The notes: generated by a model from the letters alone, not told the origin. A stretch of DNA of 64,000 bases from Gemmatimonadota bacterium (GCA_041484445.1 JBGPHP010000001.1:4150-68149), one strand, 5' to 3'. Positions 54,315 to 63,638 are shown, counted from the first letter of the stretch. A program made the numbers and translations.

Positions 54315-55390
54315 CACGGGGCCGTGCAGTTGATCATGAACACACGTCGGACGGCCCGCGGGTCGTTGATGGTGCGGTAAAACTCGTCGTAGTAGTCGAG
54401 CGCCTGCCGGACCCGACCCGGGTCGAGCCCCTCCTGGCCGCGATACAGCGCGTAGATGGAATCCTTCAACAGGTTGAACCGCGCGAGGGTCGGGACGAGC
54501 TGCTCGGGGCTGCGGCAGCCGGCGCGGAACAGCCGCTCGCGCACCGTGCGGAGACCGAGACGGGCGTCGGGAATCGCATAGGGCGGTGAAATCACGCCGG
54601 ACCAATCGAAGTCGTACGGCACGGGATACACCACATTGGTCGAATCCCGGATGAGCACGATGTTGTGCAGCCCCCCTACCGACCAGTCGGTGTTCCCGGC
54701 CAGGTACTCGAACACCGCGAGCAGGCTCATCTGGGTGGAATCGACTTCGTCCTGGCTCACGCCCTGCTGCTCGAACACGTCGGCGTGGCTGCGGTGCGCC
54801 ATGCGATCGTCGTCCTCGACGAAGAACCCGCGCCGCGTCTCGGGCGGGTGTTTCGTGCCGGGGTCGACATAGGTGACGTCCACCAGACGGACGCGGAAGC
54901 TCCGGTCGGACAGGAGGCCGTAGACGCGGTAGAGCAGGTACTCTTCGAGGAGGTAGTCGCTCCAGCGGCCGCCGCCGCGGCACTGCACCACGAGCTTGAG
55001 CGCGTTCTGGTGCGCGAAGATCGTGTGCGCGGTGTGTTCCTTGTCGAAGGCGACCTTGAGCGGCGGGTACTGGCAGGTCCGTAACCGGTAGTGCCCGCGC
55101 GTGCGCAGGGTGACGTCGAGCCGGGTGCTGTCACCGCTTTCGGCGGTGAACGTGAGCACAGCGGGATGGTCCTGCTTCCGCTCGCCCCGGTCCCGGGCGA
55201 CGGCGCCGAAGTCGGCGGCCAGGCTCACGTGGAGCGGTGTCGCAACCTCGAACAGCCGGGGCGCCCGGCTACCGCTGTCACCCGGCGCCTGCGCGCTCGC
55301 GCCGGACGCCAGGCCCAGCGTCACGAGCATCACCCAAGGAAGCCGCACCGGGCAATTGTACGGGCGGCCCGCGTCGCACGCTACCACCAC
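54314..55390 (-). CDS. CotH-like protein (atypical-kinase fold family), secreted
   Basis: LDVTLRTRGHYRLRTCQYPPLKVAFDKE, LLEEYLLYRVYGLL, GNTDWSVGGLHNIVL and PYDFDWSG resemble the CotH pattern (recalled by eye, not searched). The start is uncertain (55390 or the internal M at 55330). Confidence 0.5.
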   Translation of the reverse strand: MVVACDAGRPYNCPVRLPWVMLVTLGLASGASAQAPGDSGSRAPRLFEVATPLHVSLAADFGAVARDRGERKQDHPAVLTFTAESGDSTRLDVTLRTRGHYRLRTCQYPPLKVAFDKEHTAHTIFAHQNALKLVVQCRGGGRWSDYLLEEYLLYRVYGLLSDRSFRVRLVDVTYVDPGTKHPPETRRGFFVEDDDRMAHRSHADVFEQQGVSQDEVDSTQMSLLAVFEYLAGNTDWSVGGLHNIVLIRDSTNVVYPVPYDFDWSGVISPPYAIPDARLGLRTVRERLFRAGCRSPEQLVPTLARFNLLKDSIYALYRGQEGLDPGRVRQALDYYDEFYRTINDPRAVRRVFMINCTAP

Positions 55391-55444
55391 CCTTGCGACA
55401 CCCGCCGTCCCGCCTCACACTTGCTGCCACGCCCTTCTTGAGGA

Positions 55445-57103
55445 GTGCCCGTGCGCGTCCTGACTTTCGTCGTCCTCGCCGCTTGTACCATGGCCGCCCG
55501 TGCCGCCACCGCCCAGGGACCGCGATTCGAGATCACGATCCCCGCGCAGCTGCGCGGCACACCGGTGACCGGACGCGTCTATGTGTTCGTCTCGTCCAAG
55601 CGTGACGAGGAGCCGCGCCTGGGAGACCATGGGGAGAGCGACTGCGTCCCCTTCTACGGCGTGGACGTGATCGGCCTCGCGGCCGGGACGCCGGTCGTGA
55701 TCGACGGGACGACGCTGGGCTATCCGGTGGCGAGTCTCAACGAGATCCCAGCCGGTGACTACTACGTGCAGGCGCTCGTCAGCCTCTACACCGAGTTTCA
55801 CCGCGCCGACGGCCACACGCTCTGGATGCACGACGACCAATGGGAGGGACAGCAGTTCAACATCTCTCCCGGAAACCTGGTGAGCGAGGTGCAGCACGTG
55901 CACCTCGATCCCAAGAGCGGCTACACCATCCGGCTCTCGCTCGCCCGGGCGCTGCCGCCGGTGCAGGTCCCGCCCGACACCAAGTGGGTGCGGCGGATCA
56001 AGTTTCAGAGCAAGCTCCTCTCCGCCTGGTGGGGACGCTCGATCTACCTCGGCGCCACCGTCTTGCTGCCGCGGGACTACGACCGCGACACGACGCGCCG
56101 CTACCCGGTGGTCTACGAGCAGGGGCACTTCTCGCTGCGAGCCCCGTTCGGATTCTCGACCGACAGTGTGGCGGAAACACCCGAGCGCAAGGCCGAGCGC
56201 GAGCTGCGCACCATGCGCGAGCCCGGGTTCGAGTTCTATCGCGCCTGGCGCTCCGACAGCTTCCCGCAGGTGGTCGCCGTGACATTCCAGCATCCGACGC
56301 CGTACTTCGACGACTCGTACGCGGTGAACTCCGTGAACAACGGGCCGTACGGCGACGCCATCATGCAGGAGCTGATCCCGTATCTGGAGGATCACTTCCG
56401 GATCTCCCGCCAGCCGGCCGCCCGTTTCCTCACGGGAGGCTCGACCGGAGGATGGGAGGCGCTGGCGCTCCAGGTGTACCACCCCGACTTCTTCGGCGGC
56501 ACGTGGGTGCTCTATCCCGACCCGGTGGATTTCCGCAGTTACGAGCTGGTCAACATGTACAGCGATACGAACGCGTTCGTCTACCCGGTGTCGGACTGGA
56601 TGTGGTCCGAGGTACCGGCGGAGGTCGAGGTGACGGGCCAGCCGCGCATCACCGTGCGGCAGGAGAGTCAGTTCGAGGCGGTGTTGGGCAGCCACGCCCG
56701 CTCCGGCGAGCAGTTCGCGATCTGGGAAGCGACCTATGGCCCGGTCGGGCCGGACGGCTACACCGCGGAGCTGTGGGATCTCCGGACCGGGCACATCCGC
56801 CACGACGTGGCCGAGTACTTCCGCACGCACGACTACGACTTGCGGGACTACCTCGAGCGCAACTGGGCGGCGCTGGGACCGAAACTGCGCGGCAAGATCC
56901 ACGTCTTCGTCGGCGACTACGATACGTTCTACCTCAACCTGGCGGTGTACCGGCTGGAGGACTTCCTCAAGCGCACCACCCCGCCGGCCGACGCGGAATT
57001 CGGCTACGGCCGGCCGATGAAGCCGCACGGCTGGCAGCCCTGGACCAACGCCGATCTCATGCGGATCATGGCCGCGCAGGCTGCCCGTCCCGGGAGTCCC
57101 TGA
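55445..57103 (+). CDS. Secreted esterase-like alpha/beta hydrolase (enterochelin-esterase-like fold)
   Basis: Signal peptide ...VLAACTMAARAATAQG. N-terminal beta-sandwich-like region, then LLPRDYD...RYPVVY and nucleophile-elbow-like GGSTGGWEAL. The start is GTG at 55445 or 55451 (AGGAG lies just upstream). Confidence 0.7.
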   Translation: MPVRVLTFVVLAACTMAARAATAQGPRFEITIPAQLRGTPVTGRVYVFVSSKRDEEPRLGDHGESDCVPFYGVDVIGLAAGTPVVIDGTTLGYPVASLNEIPAGDYYVQALVSLYTEFHRADGHTLWMHDDQWEGQQFNISPGNLVSEVQHVHLDPKSGYTIRLSLARALPPVQVPPDTKWVRRIKFQSKLLSAWWGRSIYLGATVLLPRDYDRDTTRRYPVVYEQGHFSLRAPFGFSTDSVAETPERKAERELRTMREPGFEFYRAWRSDSFPQVVAVTFQHPTPYFDDSYAVNSVNNGPYGDAIMQELIPYLEDHFRISRQPAARFLTGGSTGGWEALALQVYHPDFFGGTWVLYPDPVDFRSYELVNMYSDTNAFVYPVSDWMWSEVPAEVEVTGQPRITVRQESQFEAVLGSHARSGEQFAIWEATYGPVGPDGYTAELWDLRTGHIRHDVAEYFRTHDYDLRDYLERNWAALGPKLRGKIHVFVGDYDTFYLNLAVYRLEDFLKRTTPPADAEFGYGRPMKPHGWQPWTNADLMRIMAAQAARPGSP

Positions 57104-57231
57104 CACTCCGCGCACAGGCGTGCCGCAACCAACGGCTCCACTCCCGCGTCTGATTCTGCTGTAGCGAAGAGTGGAGATGCCGTCCCACGAATCTCCGCCC
57201 GCGTTTCATTTCGGAGCGTCGGAGGACGGCT

Positions 57232-57915
57232 ATGGCATTCGCACTCATCGAGTCCGATCGGAAGCTCGGCAACAGCCTGTTCGGCGGAGGCGTTCCGTCC
57301 CTCATCATCCACTCGGCCATCATCGGTGCCGCGGTGTTGGCCACCCTGAGCGCGCGGCAGAGCACCGCCAGCATCGCCGCCGATACCACCCTCGTGTTTT
57401 TGGCGCCTCCACCCGAGCGGCAGCCGCCCCCGGCGCAACCGGAGCTGAGTGTACCGCTGAAAGGGTTCCAGACGATGGATGTGCCGGCGGTGATTCCCAC
57501 CGCCATCCCTCCCGTCACCCTCCAGGAGCGCTTCGATCCGAAGGACTTCTCCGGGGTTGGTGTCGAAGGAGGGCGCGCGACCGGCGTCGAGCCCAGTCTG
57601 GACCAGGTGTACGCCGCGAGCGCGGTGGACGAGCAACCGCTGCTCCTTGCCGCACCGCCGCCCACCTACCCCGCGCTGTTGCGGGACGCCGGGATCACGG
57701 GACGGGTGATGTTGCAGGCGGTCATCGACACGACGGGCCGGGTGGATCCGGGCTCCGTGAAGGTGCTGCGCAGTCCGAACCCCGGGTTCGAGATCCCGAG
57801 TCGGCAGTGGATCCTCAAGGCGCTGTTCCGGCCCGCTCGGCTCGGGGGACGTCTGGTCCGAGTGCTCGTCAACCTGCCGCTCGACTTCTCGATCACGGAT
57901 CGAGCCGGCAGCTGA
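57232..57915 (+). CDS. tonB: TonB family energy transducer
   Basis: GGAGGA lies before the ATG. N-terminal TM, Pro-rich linker PPPERQPPPAQPE, C-terminal YPALLRDAGITGRVMLQAVIDTTGRV. Confidence 0.85.
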   Translation: MAFALIESDRKLGNSLFGGGVPSLIIHSAIIGAAVLATLSARQSTASIAADTTLVFLAPPPERQPPPAQPELSVPLKGFQTMDVPAVIPTAIPPVTLQERFDPKDFSGVGVEGGRATGVEPSLDQVYAASAVDEQPLLLAAPPPTYPALLRDAGITGRVMLQAVIDTTGRVDPGSVKVLRSPNPGFEIPSRQWILKALFRPARLGGRLVRVLVNLPLDFSITDRAGS

Positions 57916-57918
57916 TCG

Positions 57919-58701
57919 CTACGGGTCGAAGTGCTGCAGCCGACTGCGATAGCGGCGGCTGAGCTTGAGCTTCGCCCCGTCGCTCAAGACGACGACCCAG
58001 TCTCCATGCGACCACGGCCGCAGCTCGGCCACGCGGTCCACGTTCACGATCGCCGAGCGGCTCACCCGCACGAAACGGCGGGGATCGAGCCGCTGCTCCA
58101 GGCGATCGAGCGTGGTTCGGACGCGGTAGGTCTCGCGGCCGGCGTGCAGCACCGCGTAATTGCGCGCCGACTCGATCCGGTCGACGCGCGCCAGCGGCAA
58201 CAGCACCGCGCGGTCCGCCTGTTCCACGAGCAGCCGCTCCAGCCGTTCCGGCCGTTCGCGCCGGACGTCGGCCAGGAGCTGCGTGAGACGGCGCCGGTCT
58301 TCCCCGTCGCGCCGCCGACCGACGGCCTCCTTCGCCCGCGCGAGCGCCAGCGTAAGTCGCTCCACATCGAACGGCTTCAGCACGTAGTCCACGGCGTGGA
58401 TCTCGAACGCGCGGACGGCGTATTCGTCGAACGCGGTGACGAACACGACGTGCGGCCGGACCCCGGGGTCGAGCGCCTCCAGCACACCGAAGCCGTCCAG
58501 CCCCGGCATCTGCACGTCCAAAAAGACGAGATCCGGCGATTCCTCGCGCACCAGGTCCACGGCGCGGACACCGTCCGCGGCCTCGAAGATCGTGCCGATC
58601 TCCGGATCGCCCGCCACGAAGCGGCGCACCTTCGCCCGCGCCGGCCGCTCGTCGTCCACGATCAGCACCGAGAGGCCGGCGGACCGCCCTGCCGCGCTCA
58701 C
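57919..58701 (-). CDS. LytR/AlgR family response regulator (second copy)
   Basis: GTG at 58701 (VSAAGRSAGLSVLIVDDERP...) overlaps the kinase stop (GTGA). REC domain plus LytTR with FVRVSRSAIVNVDRV. The remainder of the 642-aa track ORF is shadow. Confidence 0.85.
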   Translation of the reverse strand: MSAAGRSAGLSVLIVDDERPARAKVRRFVAGDPEIGTIFEAADGVRAVDLVREESPDLVFLDVQMPGLDGFGVLEALDPGVRPHVVFVTAFDEYAVRAFEIHAVDYVLKPFDVERLTLALARAKEAVGRRRDGEDRRRLTQLLADVRRERPERLERLLVEQADRAVLLPLARVDRIESARNYAVLHAGRETYRVRTTLDRLEQRLDPRRFVRVSRSAIVNVDRVAELRPWSHGDWVVVLSDGAKLKLSRRYRSRLQHFDP

Positions 58702-59783
58702 GGCGCCTCCCGGAACGGCAGCTCGACCGAGACGCGCGCCCCCCCGCCCTGCCGGTTTTCCAGGCGGAGCGACTGCTGCGCGCCGTACAACTGCTCCAGG
58801 CGGCGCGCCGTATTGGCGAGTCCTACGCCCTTCCCGATCGCTTCCTCCGGTGTCCCGTGGATGCCGTGACCGTTGTCTTCCACCTCGAGCACCAGGCGCC
58901 CGTCGTCGCGTCGCGCCCGCACCGCGATGCGCGCCGCCATCCCGGGCCCCGGATCGCCGTGGCGCAGAGCGTTCTCGACCAATGGCTGCAACACGAGCGC
59001 CGGAACCGCGGCGCGACGCGCCGCCGGCGCCGCCGACACCACGACCGACAAGCGGTCCCCGAAGCGGGCCCGCATGATGTCGAGATAGAGCTCGAGCGTC
59101 TCGAGCTCCGCATCGAGCGCGATCTCTCCTCCGCTCGGACGTCGCAGCGTGCGGCGCAGCAGATCCGCGAGACGCATGAGCATCGTGTCCGCCGCGGCGA
59201 CGTCCTCGTACATCACGGATGAGATCGTGTTCAAGACATTGAACAGAAAGTGCGGTCGCAGCTGTCCTTCCAGCGCCTCGAGTCGCACCCGGGTGAGCTC
59301 GGTCTCGACCTGCGCCAGGCGCAGCTCGCGGTCGCGCGACTCGCGATAGCGGTCGAACAGGTAGGCGAGGCCCATGAGCAGCGTGAACGCCAGCATGTCC
59401 ATGGGGAATTCCATCGCGAAGCGCAACGGCATGCGGCCGTAGTCGTACGGACCCAGTCCAGCCAGCGGGAACACCATGTGGCGGGTGAGGAAGTTCCACA
59501 TGGTATGAGCGACGGAGAAGAACGGCAGGATCGCCGCGTACACGGCGAAGAGCCGCCAGCCCGACCAGCCTCGGGCGCGCGCGCGGCGGGCCAGGGCGAT
59601 CGCCGCCAGGAACAGGACGGCGGCCCCGTAGGCCGCCGTCATTTCCTCGATCAGCGGGACGCGGAACGGCTCGACATGACCGCTGGCCAGGACGTCGAGA
59701 TAGTGGTAGGTGAACTCCAGCAGCCCGACGACGCTGAACGACCCCGCCCACAACAGTCCGAGCCGCCACGCTGAGCGCTTCAT
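58698..59783 (-). CDS. LytS-type sensor histidine kinase (second copy)
   Basis: 361 aa. TM-rich N-terminus. GQLRPHFLFNVLNTI H-box. QPLVENALRHG. Confidence 0.88.
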   Translation of the reverse strand: MKRSAWRLGLLWAGSFSVVGLLEFTYHYLDVLASGHVEPFRVPLIEEMTAAYGAAVLFLAAIALARRARARGWSGWRLFAVYAAILPFFSVAHTMWNFLTRHMVFPLAGLGPYDYGRMPLRFAMEFPMDMLAFTLLMGLAYLFDRYRESRDRELRLAQVETELTRVRLEALEGQLRPHFLFNVLNTISSVMYEDVAAADTMLMRLADLLRRTLRRPSGGEIALDAELETLELYLDIMRARFGDRLSVVVSAAPAARRAAVPALVLQPLVENALRHGDPGPGMAARIAVRARRDDGRLVLEVEDNGHGIHGTPEEAIGKGVGLANTARRLEQLYGAQQSLRLENRQGGGARVSVELPFREAP

Positions 59784-59792
59784 GCGGGGAAG

Positions 59793-62078
59793 CTATCCCC
59801 CGGTCCGACGGAACGAGAACGTGCCGCGCTCTGGATGCTCGCTGCAACTGCTCACTACGGTGACGTCGCCGTCCAGCAGGCCGCCGCCGTTCGCCTGCGC
59901 TCCCTCCCCGGTGAGCGTACCGCCGCAGTGCTTTTCAGGGTAGGTGAACGAGAAAACGAACCGCACGGCGGTGCCGGCGGCACGGGCCGACACCGTCCCC
60001 GAGATGCGGCCGCTGTCGGCGCTGGCTTCACCCGTCAACGAATCGCCGGCGGCGCGCAGCGTGAGCCGCGTGGGGTGGCGGTCGGTGTCGTTGATGCGCA
60101 GCTCCCCGAGCCACGATCCGGCAAGCCCGCGCGCCATGGTATCCGGCACCGGGGCGCCGGGAGCGGGGAGCGTGTACGCCATGACATAGTCACCCAGGGC
60201 GGTCCCCAGCCGGTCGTGGCCGCCCGCGGCGATCACGACATACTGCCGGCCGCCGGCGATGTAGGACATCGGCAGGGCGTGGCCGCCCGCCGGCAGCGGC
60301 GTGCTCCACAATTCGCGCCCGGTGTCGAGGTCGAACGCCCGCAGCCGTTGGTCGAGCGTGGCGGAGATGAACGCGAGCCCGCCGGCGGTGACGAGCACGC
60401 CGCCAAGCGAGATCGACCCGAACGGCGCGCCGGGCAAGGCGGCGGTGCCGGGCCAGTTGCCGAGCGGCACCCTCCACTTCACCTGTCCCCGGATCAGATC
60501 GAACGCCACCAGCTCGCCAAAAGGGGGCGGACTGCACGGCACACGATTGGGGGTGAGCAGCGTCTGTCGCATCATGCCGAACGGCGTGCCGCGCATGGGG
60601 CTGATCTCTTCGTTGGGGTGGGCCATCCGCGCCGCGTGCAGCGAATCGCGCGGGATCAGCGTCACCACCATCGCGAGATGATTGACGGGTGCCACGAGCA
60701 GGCCATCCCGCTCGTCCACCGACACGCCCGCCCAGTCGAAGCCGCCGATGTGCCCCGGGAAGTGGATCGTGCCCCGCAACGACGGCGGTGAGAAGATGCC
60801 GTCGGACCGGAGCCCGGCCATCCACACGCGGCACTGCTCGCGCGCCTCCGGAGTCAACCCGAAGGCGTCGGTCACCGGGAGACTCTCGGGAACGAAGCGG
60901 TACGCCGGCGGCGGGAACGGCTGTGTGGGCCACGCCTGCTCGCCGAGAACGTCGCTGGACGGTACGGGGCGCTCTTCGACCGGCACGAGCGGCCGGCCCG
61001 TCGCGCGATCGAGAATGAAGAGGTGTCCCATCTTGGTCGCGACGGCGAGGGCCGGTATCGCGCGCCCGCCGCGCCGCAGGGTGAAGGCGACGGGCTGAGC
61101 CGGGACGTCGTAGTCCCACAGATCGTGATGCACGACCTGGAAGTGCCACACGACCGCTCCGGTCGTGGCGCGCAGGGCGACCACCGAATTGGCATACAGG
61201 TCGCTCCCCAGCCGAAGGCCGCCGTAGAAGTCGGGACTCGCGCTCCCCACCGGGACGAACACCAGGCCGCGCTCGGGGTCCGCCGACAGGACGGTCCACG
61301 CGTTCGCCGCGCCGGTTTGATGCGCCCCCGGGCCCTGCCACGTGTCGTAGCCGGGCGCGCCGGGAGTGCGCGGGATCGGATCCCAGCTCCAGCGCGGCGC
61401 GCCGGTCCGGACATCGTAGGCGCGCACCACACCGTTCGGGGCGTCGGTCCGCTGGTTGTCGGAGATCGCCGAGCCTACGATCACGAGATCGCCTACCACG
61501 GTGGGGGGCGAGGTGACGCCGTACTCGTACTGGTACGCCGGGGCGTTCAGGAGATCGCGACTCAGGTCCACCGTGCCGTGCGTGCCAAAATCGTTGCACG
61601 GCGACCCGGTGTTCCCGTCCAGCGCGATGAGTCGGGCGTCGACGGTGGCCACGTAGATCCGGCGGCGGCAGACGGCTCCGGAAGCGGCGCGCGCGTCGAG
61701 CCACGTCGCGACGCCGCGGTTCGCCAGGTCGCCGTAGTCTCCCGACAAGTCGACGCGCGGATCGTAGGTCCAGCGCTCGGCGCCGCTCGCCGGGTCGAGC
61801 GCCACGACCCGCGCGAGCGGGGTGGAGACGAACAGCGTGCCGTCGACAAGCAGCGGCGTGGCCTCGAACCGGCCCCGTCCCCGCATCAGATCGCCCGTGC
61901 GGTACACCCAGGCGAGCCGCAGGCCGCCCACGTTCACCCGGGTGATCTGATCGAGCGGCGCGAAGCGGTGGCCGCCGGGATCGCCTCCGTATGCGGGCCA
62001 CTCGCTCGGTGCCGGTTGCTGGGCGAGCCCGGTGCTGGAGGCGAAAAGCAACGCGATGATGAGCAGGCAGGGCTTCAC
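59793..62078 (-). CDS. PQQ-dependent dehydrogenase (quinoprotein beta-propeller) with a ~124-aa extra C-terminal domain
   Basis: WPAYGGDPGGHRFAPLDQI and repeated W-containing blades. The start is probably the second GTG (VKPCLLIIALLFASSTGLAQQ, 62078). The track start at 62135 sits directly on the upstream terminator tail. Confidence 0.85.
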   Translation of the reverse strand: MKPCLLIIALLFASSTGLAQQPAPSEWPAYGGDPGGHRFAPLDQITRVNVGGLRLAWVYRTGDLMRGRGRFEATPLLVDGTLFVSTPLARVVALDPASGAERWTYDPRVDLSGDYGDLANRGVATWLDARAASGAVCRRRIYVATVDARLIALDGNTGSPCNDFGTHGTVDLSRDLLNAPAYQYEYGVTSPPTVVGDLVIVGSAISDNQRTDAPNGVVRAYDVRTGAPRWSWDPIPRTPGAPGYDTWQGPGAHQTGAANAWTVLSADPERGLVFVPVGSASPDFYGGLRLGSDLYANSVVALRATTGAVVWHFQVVHHDLWDYDVPAQPVAFTLRRGGRAIPALAVATKMGHLFILDRATGRPLVPVEERPVPSSDVLGEQAWPTQPFPPPAYRFVPESLPVTDAFGLTPEAREQCRVWMAGLRSDGIFSPPSLRGTIHFPGHIGGFDWAGVSVDERDGLLVAPVNHLAMVVTLIPRDSLHAARMAHPNEEISPMRGTPFGMMRQTLLTPNRVPCSPPPFGELVAFDLIRGQVKWRVPLGNWPGTAALPGAPFGSISLGGVLVTAGGLAFISATLDQRLRAFDLDTGRELWSTPLPAGGHALPMSYIAGGRQYVVIAAGGHDRLGTALGDYVMAYTLPAPGAPVPDTMARGLAGSWLGELRINDTDRHPTRLTLRAAGDSLTGEASADSGRISGTVSARAAGTAVRFVFSFTYPEKHCGGTLTGEGAQANGGGLLDGDVTVVSSCSEHPERGTFSFRRTGG

Positions 62079-62138
62079 GGTTCGACCTCGCGGTGTGTGC
62101 GCGAGGATCGTTAACCCAGGGAGGGTCCGTTTCACAAA

Positions 62139-62166
62139 CCGCGGGGGACGAAGTGGTCCCCCGCGG
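62139..62166 (-). terminator. Intrinsic-terminator-like hairpin (11-bp perfect stem) followed by TTTGTGAAA
   Basis: CCGCGGGGGAC (62139-62149), loop GAAGTG, then GTCCCCCGCGG (62156-62166). It lies 11 nt after the TAG of the small membrane-protein gene. Confidence 0.7.
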
Positions 62167-62177
62167 GACGAACAGGT

Positions 62178-62378
62178 CTAGGCTTCGCCTTCGTCCTTGC
62201 GCCGCCGCACCAGCCACCAGACGAGCAGCAGGAGCCCGATGATGAGGACGACCTTGACCACCGTCAGGAGCATCCCCAACAGCGTGCCGACGAGCGGCAG
62301 GAACAAGATCGAAAGGAGCTTCCAGAGGGCGATGCCGAGGAATCCGGCTGCCGCGACCGTCACGATGGGCTTGAACAT
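62178..62378 (-). CDS. Small two-TM membrane protein (66 aa) downstream of arsM
   Basis: ATG at 62378 gives MFKPIVTVAAAGFLGIALWKLLSILFLPLVGTLLGMLLTVVKVVLIIGLLLLVWWLVRRRKDEGEA. Followed by the terminator. Confidence 0.6.
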   Translation of the reverse strand: MFKPIVTVAAAGFLGIALWKLLSILFLPLVGTLLGMLLTVVKVVLIIGLLLLVWWLVRRRKDEGEA

Positions 62379-62430
62379 AGTGGTCGCCCTACGGGCCGGG
62401 GGGCGGAAAGGTGTCGCCCCCCGGCCACGG

Positions 62431-63258
62431 TCAGGCTGCAGGTTGCAACGGCTTGGTCGCCCGCACGAACGCACCCATCACCCGGCCGCCGATCTCACGG
62501 GCCAGGACCTCCGCGTCGAGCCCCGCGCCGGCGAGGAAGGCCCGCGCGTCTTCGAACGCATAGACGCGGGTCGGCTCGATCGCCACGTCCGTGAACCCGC
62601 TTGCGGCCAATAGCCCCGCGAACTCCTTCTCCTCAAGGGCCCCGGCGATGCACCCGACCCACAGCTCCATGCTGCGCCGTACCTCGGCGGGAAGCGTCCC
62701 TTGGACGACGACATCCGACACCGCGAAGTGGCCCCCGGGCTTCAGCACACGAAACGCTTCCGCCAACACCCGCTGCTTGTCGGCAGCGAGGTTGATCACG
62801 CAGTTCGAGATGATCACATCGATCGAGACGTCGGGGAGCGGGATGTGCTCGATGTCGCCCTTGAGGAACTCGACGTTGGTGACGCCGGCCTTCCGCTGGT
62901 TCTCACGCGCCAGGGCGAGCATCTCGTCCGTCATGTCGAGCCCGTACGCCTTCCCGCCCGGGGCCACACGCCGGGCGGACAGCAGGACGTCGATTCCGCC
63001 GCCCGACCCGAGGTCGAGGACGACGTCGCCCGGCTTGAGCTCCGCGAGTGCGGTCGGGTTGCCGCAGCCCAGGGAGGCAAGAACGGCGGTCTCGGGTAGG
63101 ACGCCCTTGTCTTCGGCCGTGTACAGATCGGTAGTGACGGGATCGCAACAGTCGCCGGCGGCCGCAGCCCCGCAACAGCTCGACCCCGAGCCGGCGAGCA
63201 CCCGCAGCGCCGCCTGGCCGTACTTCTCACGTACCGTGTCTTTGATCGCGTCGCTCAT
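62431..63258 (-). CDS. arsM: Arsenite S-adenosylmethionine methyltransferase ArsM
   Basis: AGGAG lies 7 nt before the ATG at 63258. N-terminal Cys cluster SCCGAAAAGDCC, SAM motif VLDLGSGGGID, and conserved WVGCIAGA Cys. Confidence 0.9.
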   Translation of the reverse strand: MSDAIKDTVREKYGQAALRVLAGSGSSCCGAAAAGDCCDPVTTDLYTAEDKGVLPETAVLASLGCGNPTALAELKPGDVVLDLGSGGGIDVLLSARRVAPGGKAYGLDMTDEMLALARENQRKAGVTNVEFLKGDIEHIPLPDVSIDVIISNCVINLAADKQRVLAEAFRVLKPGGHFAVSDVVVQGTLPAEVRRSMELWVGCIAGALEEKEFAGLLAASGFTDVAIEPTRVYAFEDARAFLAGAGLDAEVLAREIGGRVMGAFVRATKPLQPAA

Positions 63259-63271
63259 GGTCTGCTCCTGT

Positions 63272-63287
63272 ATCAAGAAACGTTGAT
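63272..63287 (-). promoter_or_regulatory. Inverted repeat ATCAA-N6-TTGAT between arsR and arsM (putative second ArsR site)
   Basis: The plus strand reads ATCAAGAAACGTTGAT. It has the same half-sites and spacing as the palindrome upstream of arsR and sits between a T8 tract and the arsM Shine-Dalgarno sequence. Confidence 0.5.
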
Positions 63288-63304
63288 GTATCGATGAAAA
63301 AAAA

Positions 63305-63631
63305 CTATGAACAGCAGGCCGTCTCACAGCTGCCCGCGTGCTTGCCGGGCCGCACCGCCGCGGCGAACGCCGCGATCTCATCTAGGGCTTCGCGGTTCAA
63401 CGAGTAGTGCACCCAGCGCCCGTCCCTGCGGTCGGTGACGAACCCCGAGTCCTTGAGAACGCGGAGGTGAAACGAGAGGCGGGACTGTTGCGCACCCAGC
63501 ACGTTCTGCAGCTCGCACACGCACCGTTCGCCGTGCGAGAGCATCCGCACGATTTCGACCCGGGTGGGGTCAGAAAGCGCGTGAAACCAGCGCGCGACAC
63601 GCGCCGTGGCCGGGAGAGTAGCCTGCTCCAT
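63305..63631 (-). CDS. arsR: ArsR/SmtB family metalloregulator
   Basis: 108 aa. LSDPTRVEIVRML, the metal-site helix ERCVCELQ, and a wHTH. Extra C-terminal Cys cluster GSCETACCS. Confidence 0.9.
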   Translation of the reverse strand: MEQATLPATARVARWFHALSDPTRVEIVRMLSHGERCVCELQNVLGAQQSRLSFHLRVLKDSGFVTDRRDGRWVHYSLNREALDEIAAFAAAVRPGKHAGSCETACCS

Positions 63632-63638
63632 GCCGCGT

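Noticed and set aside
63288-63304. T8 tract immediately after the arsR stop codon, considered as an intrinsic terminator or attenuator.
   Set aside because: I could not find a stable upstream stem (only 4-5 bp GCAGC/GCTG pairings). I mention it only as context in the ars finding.
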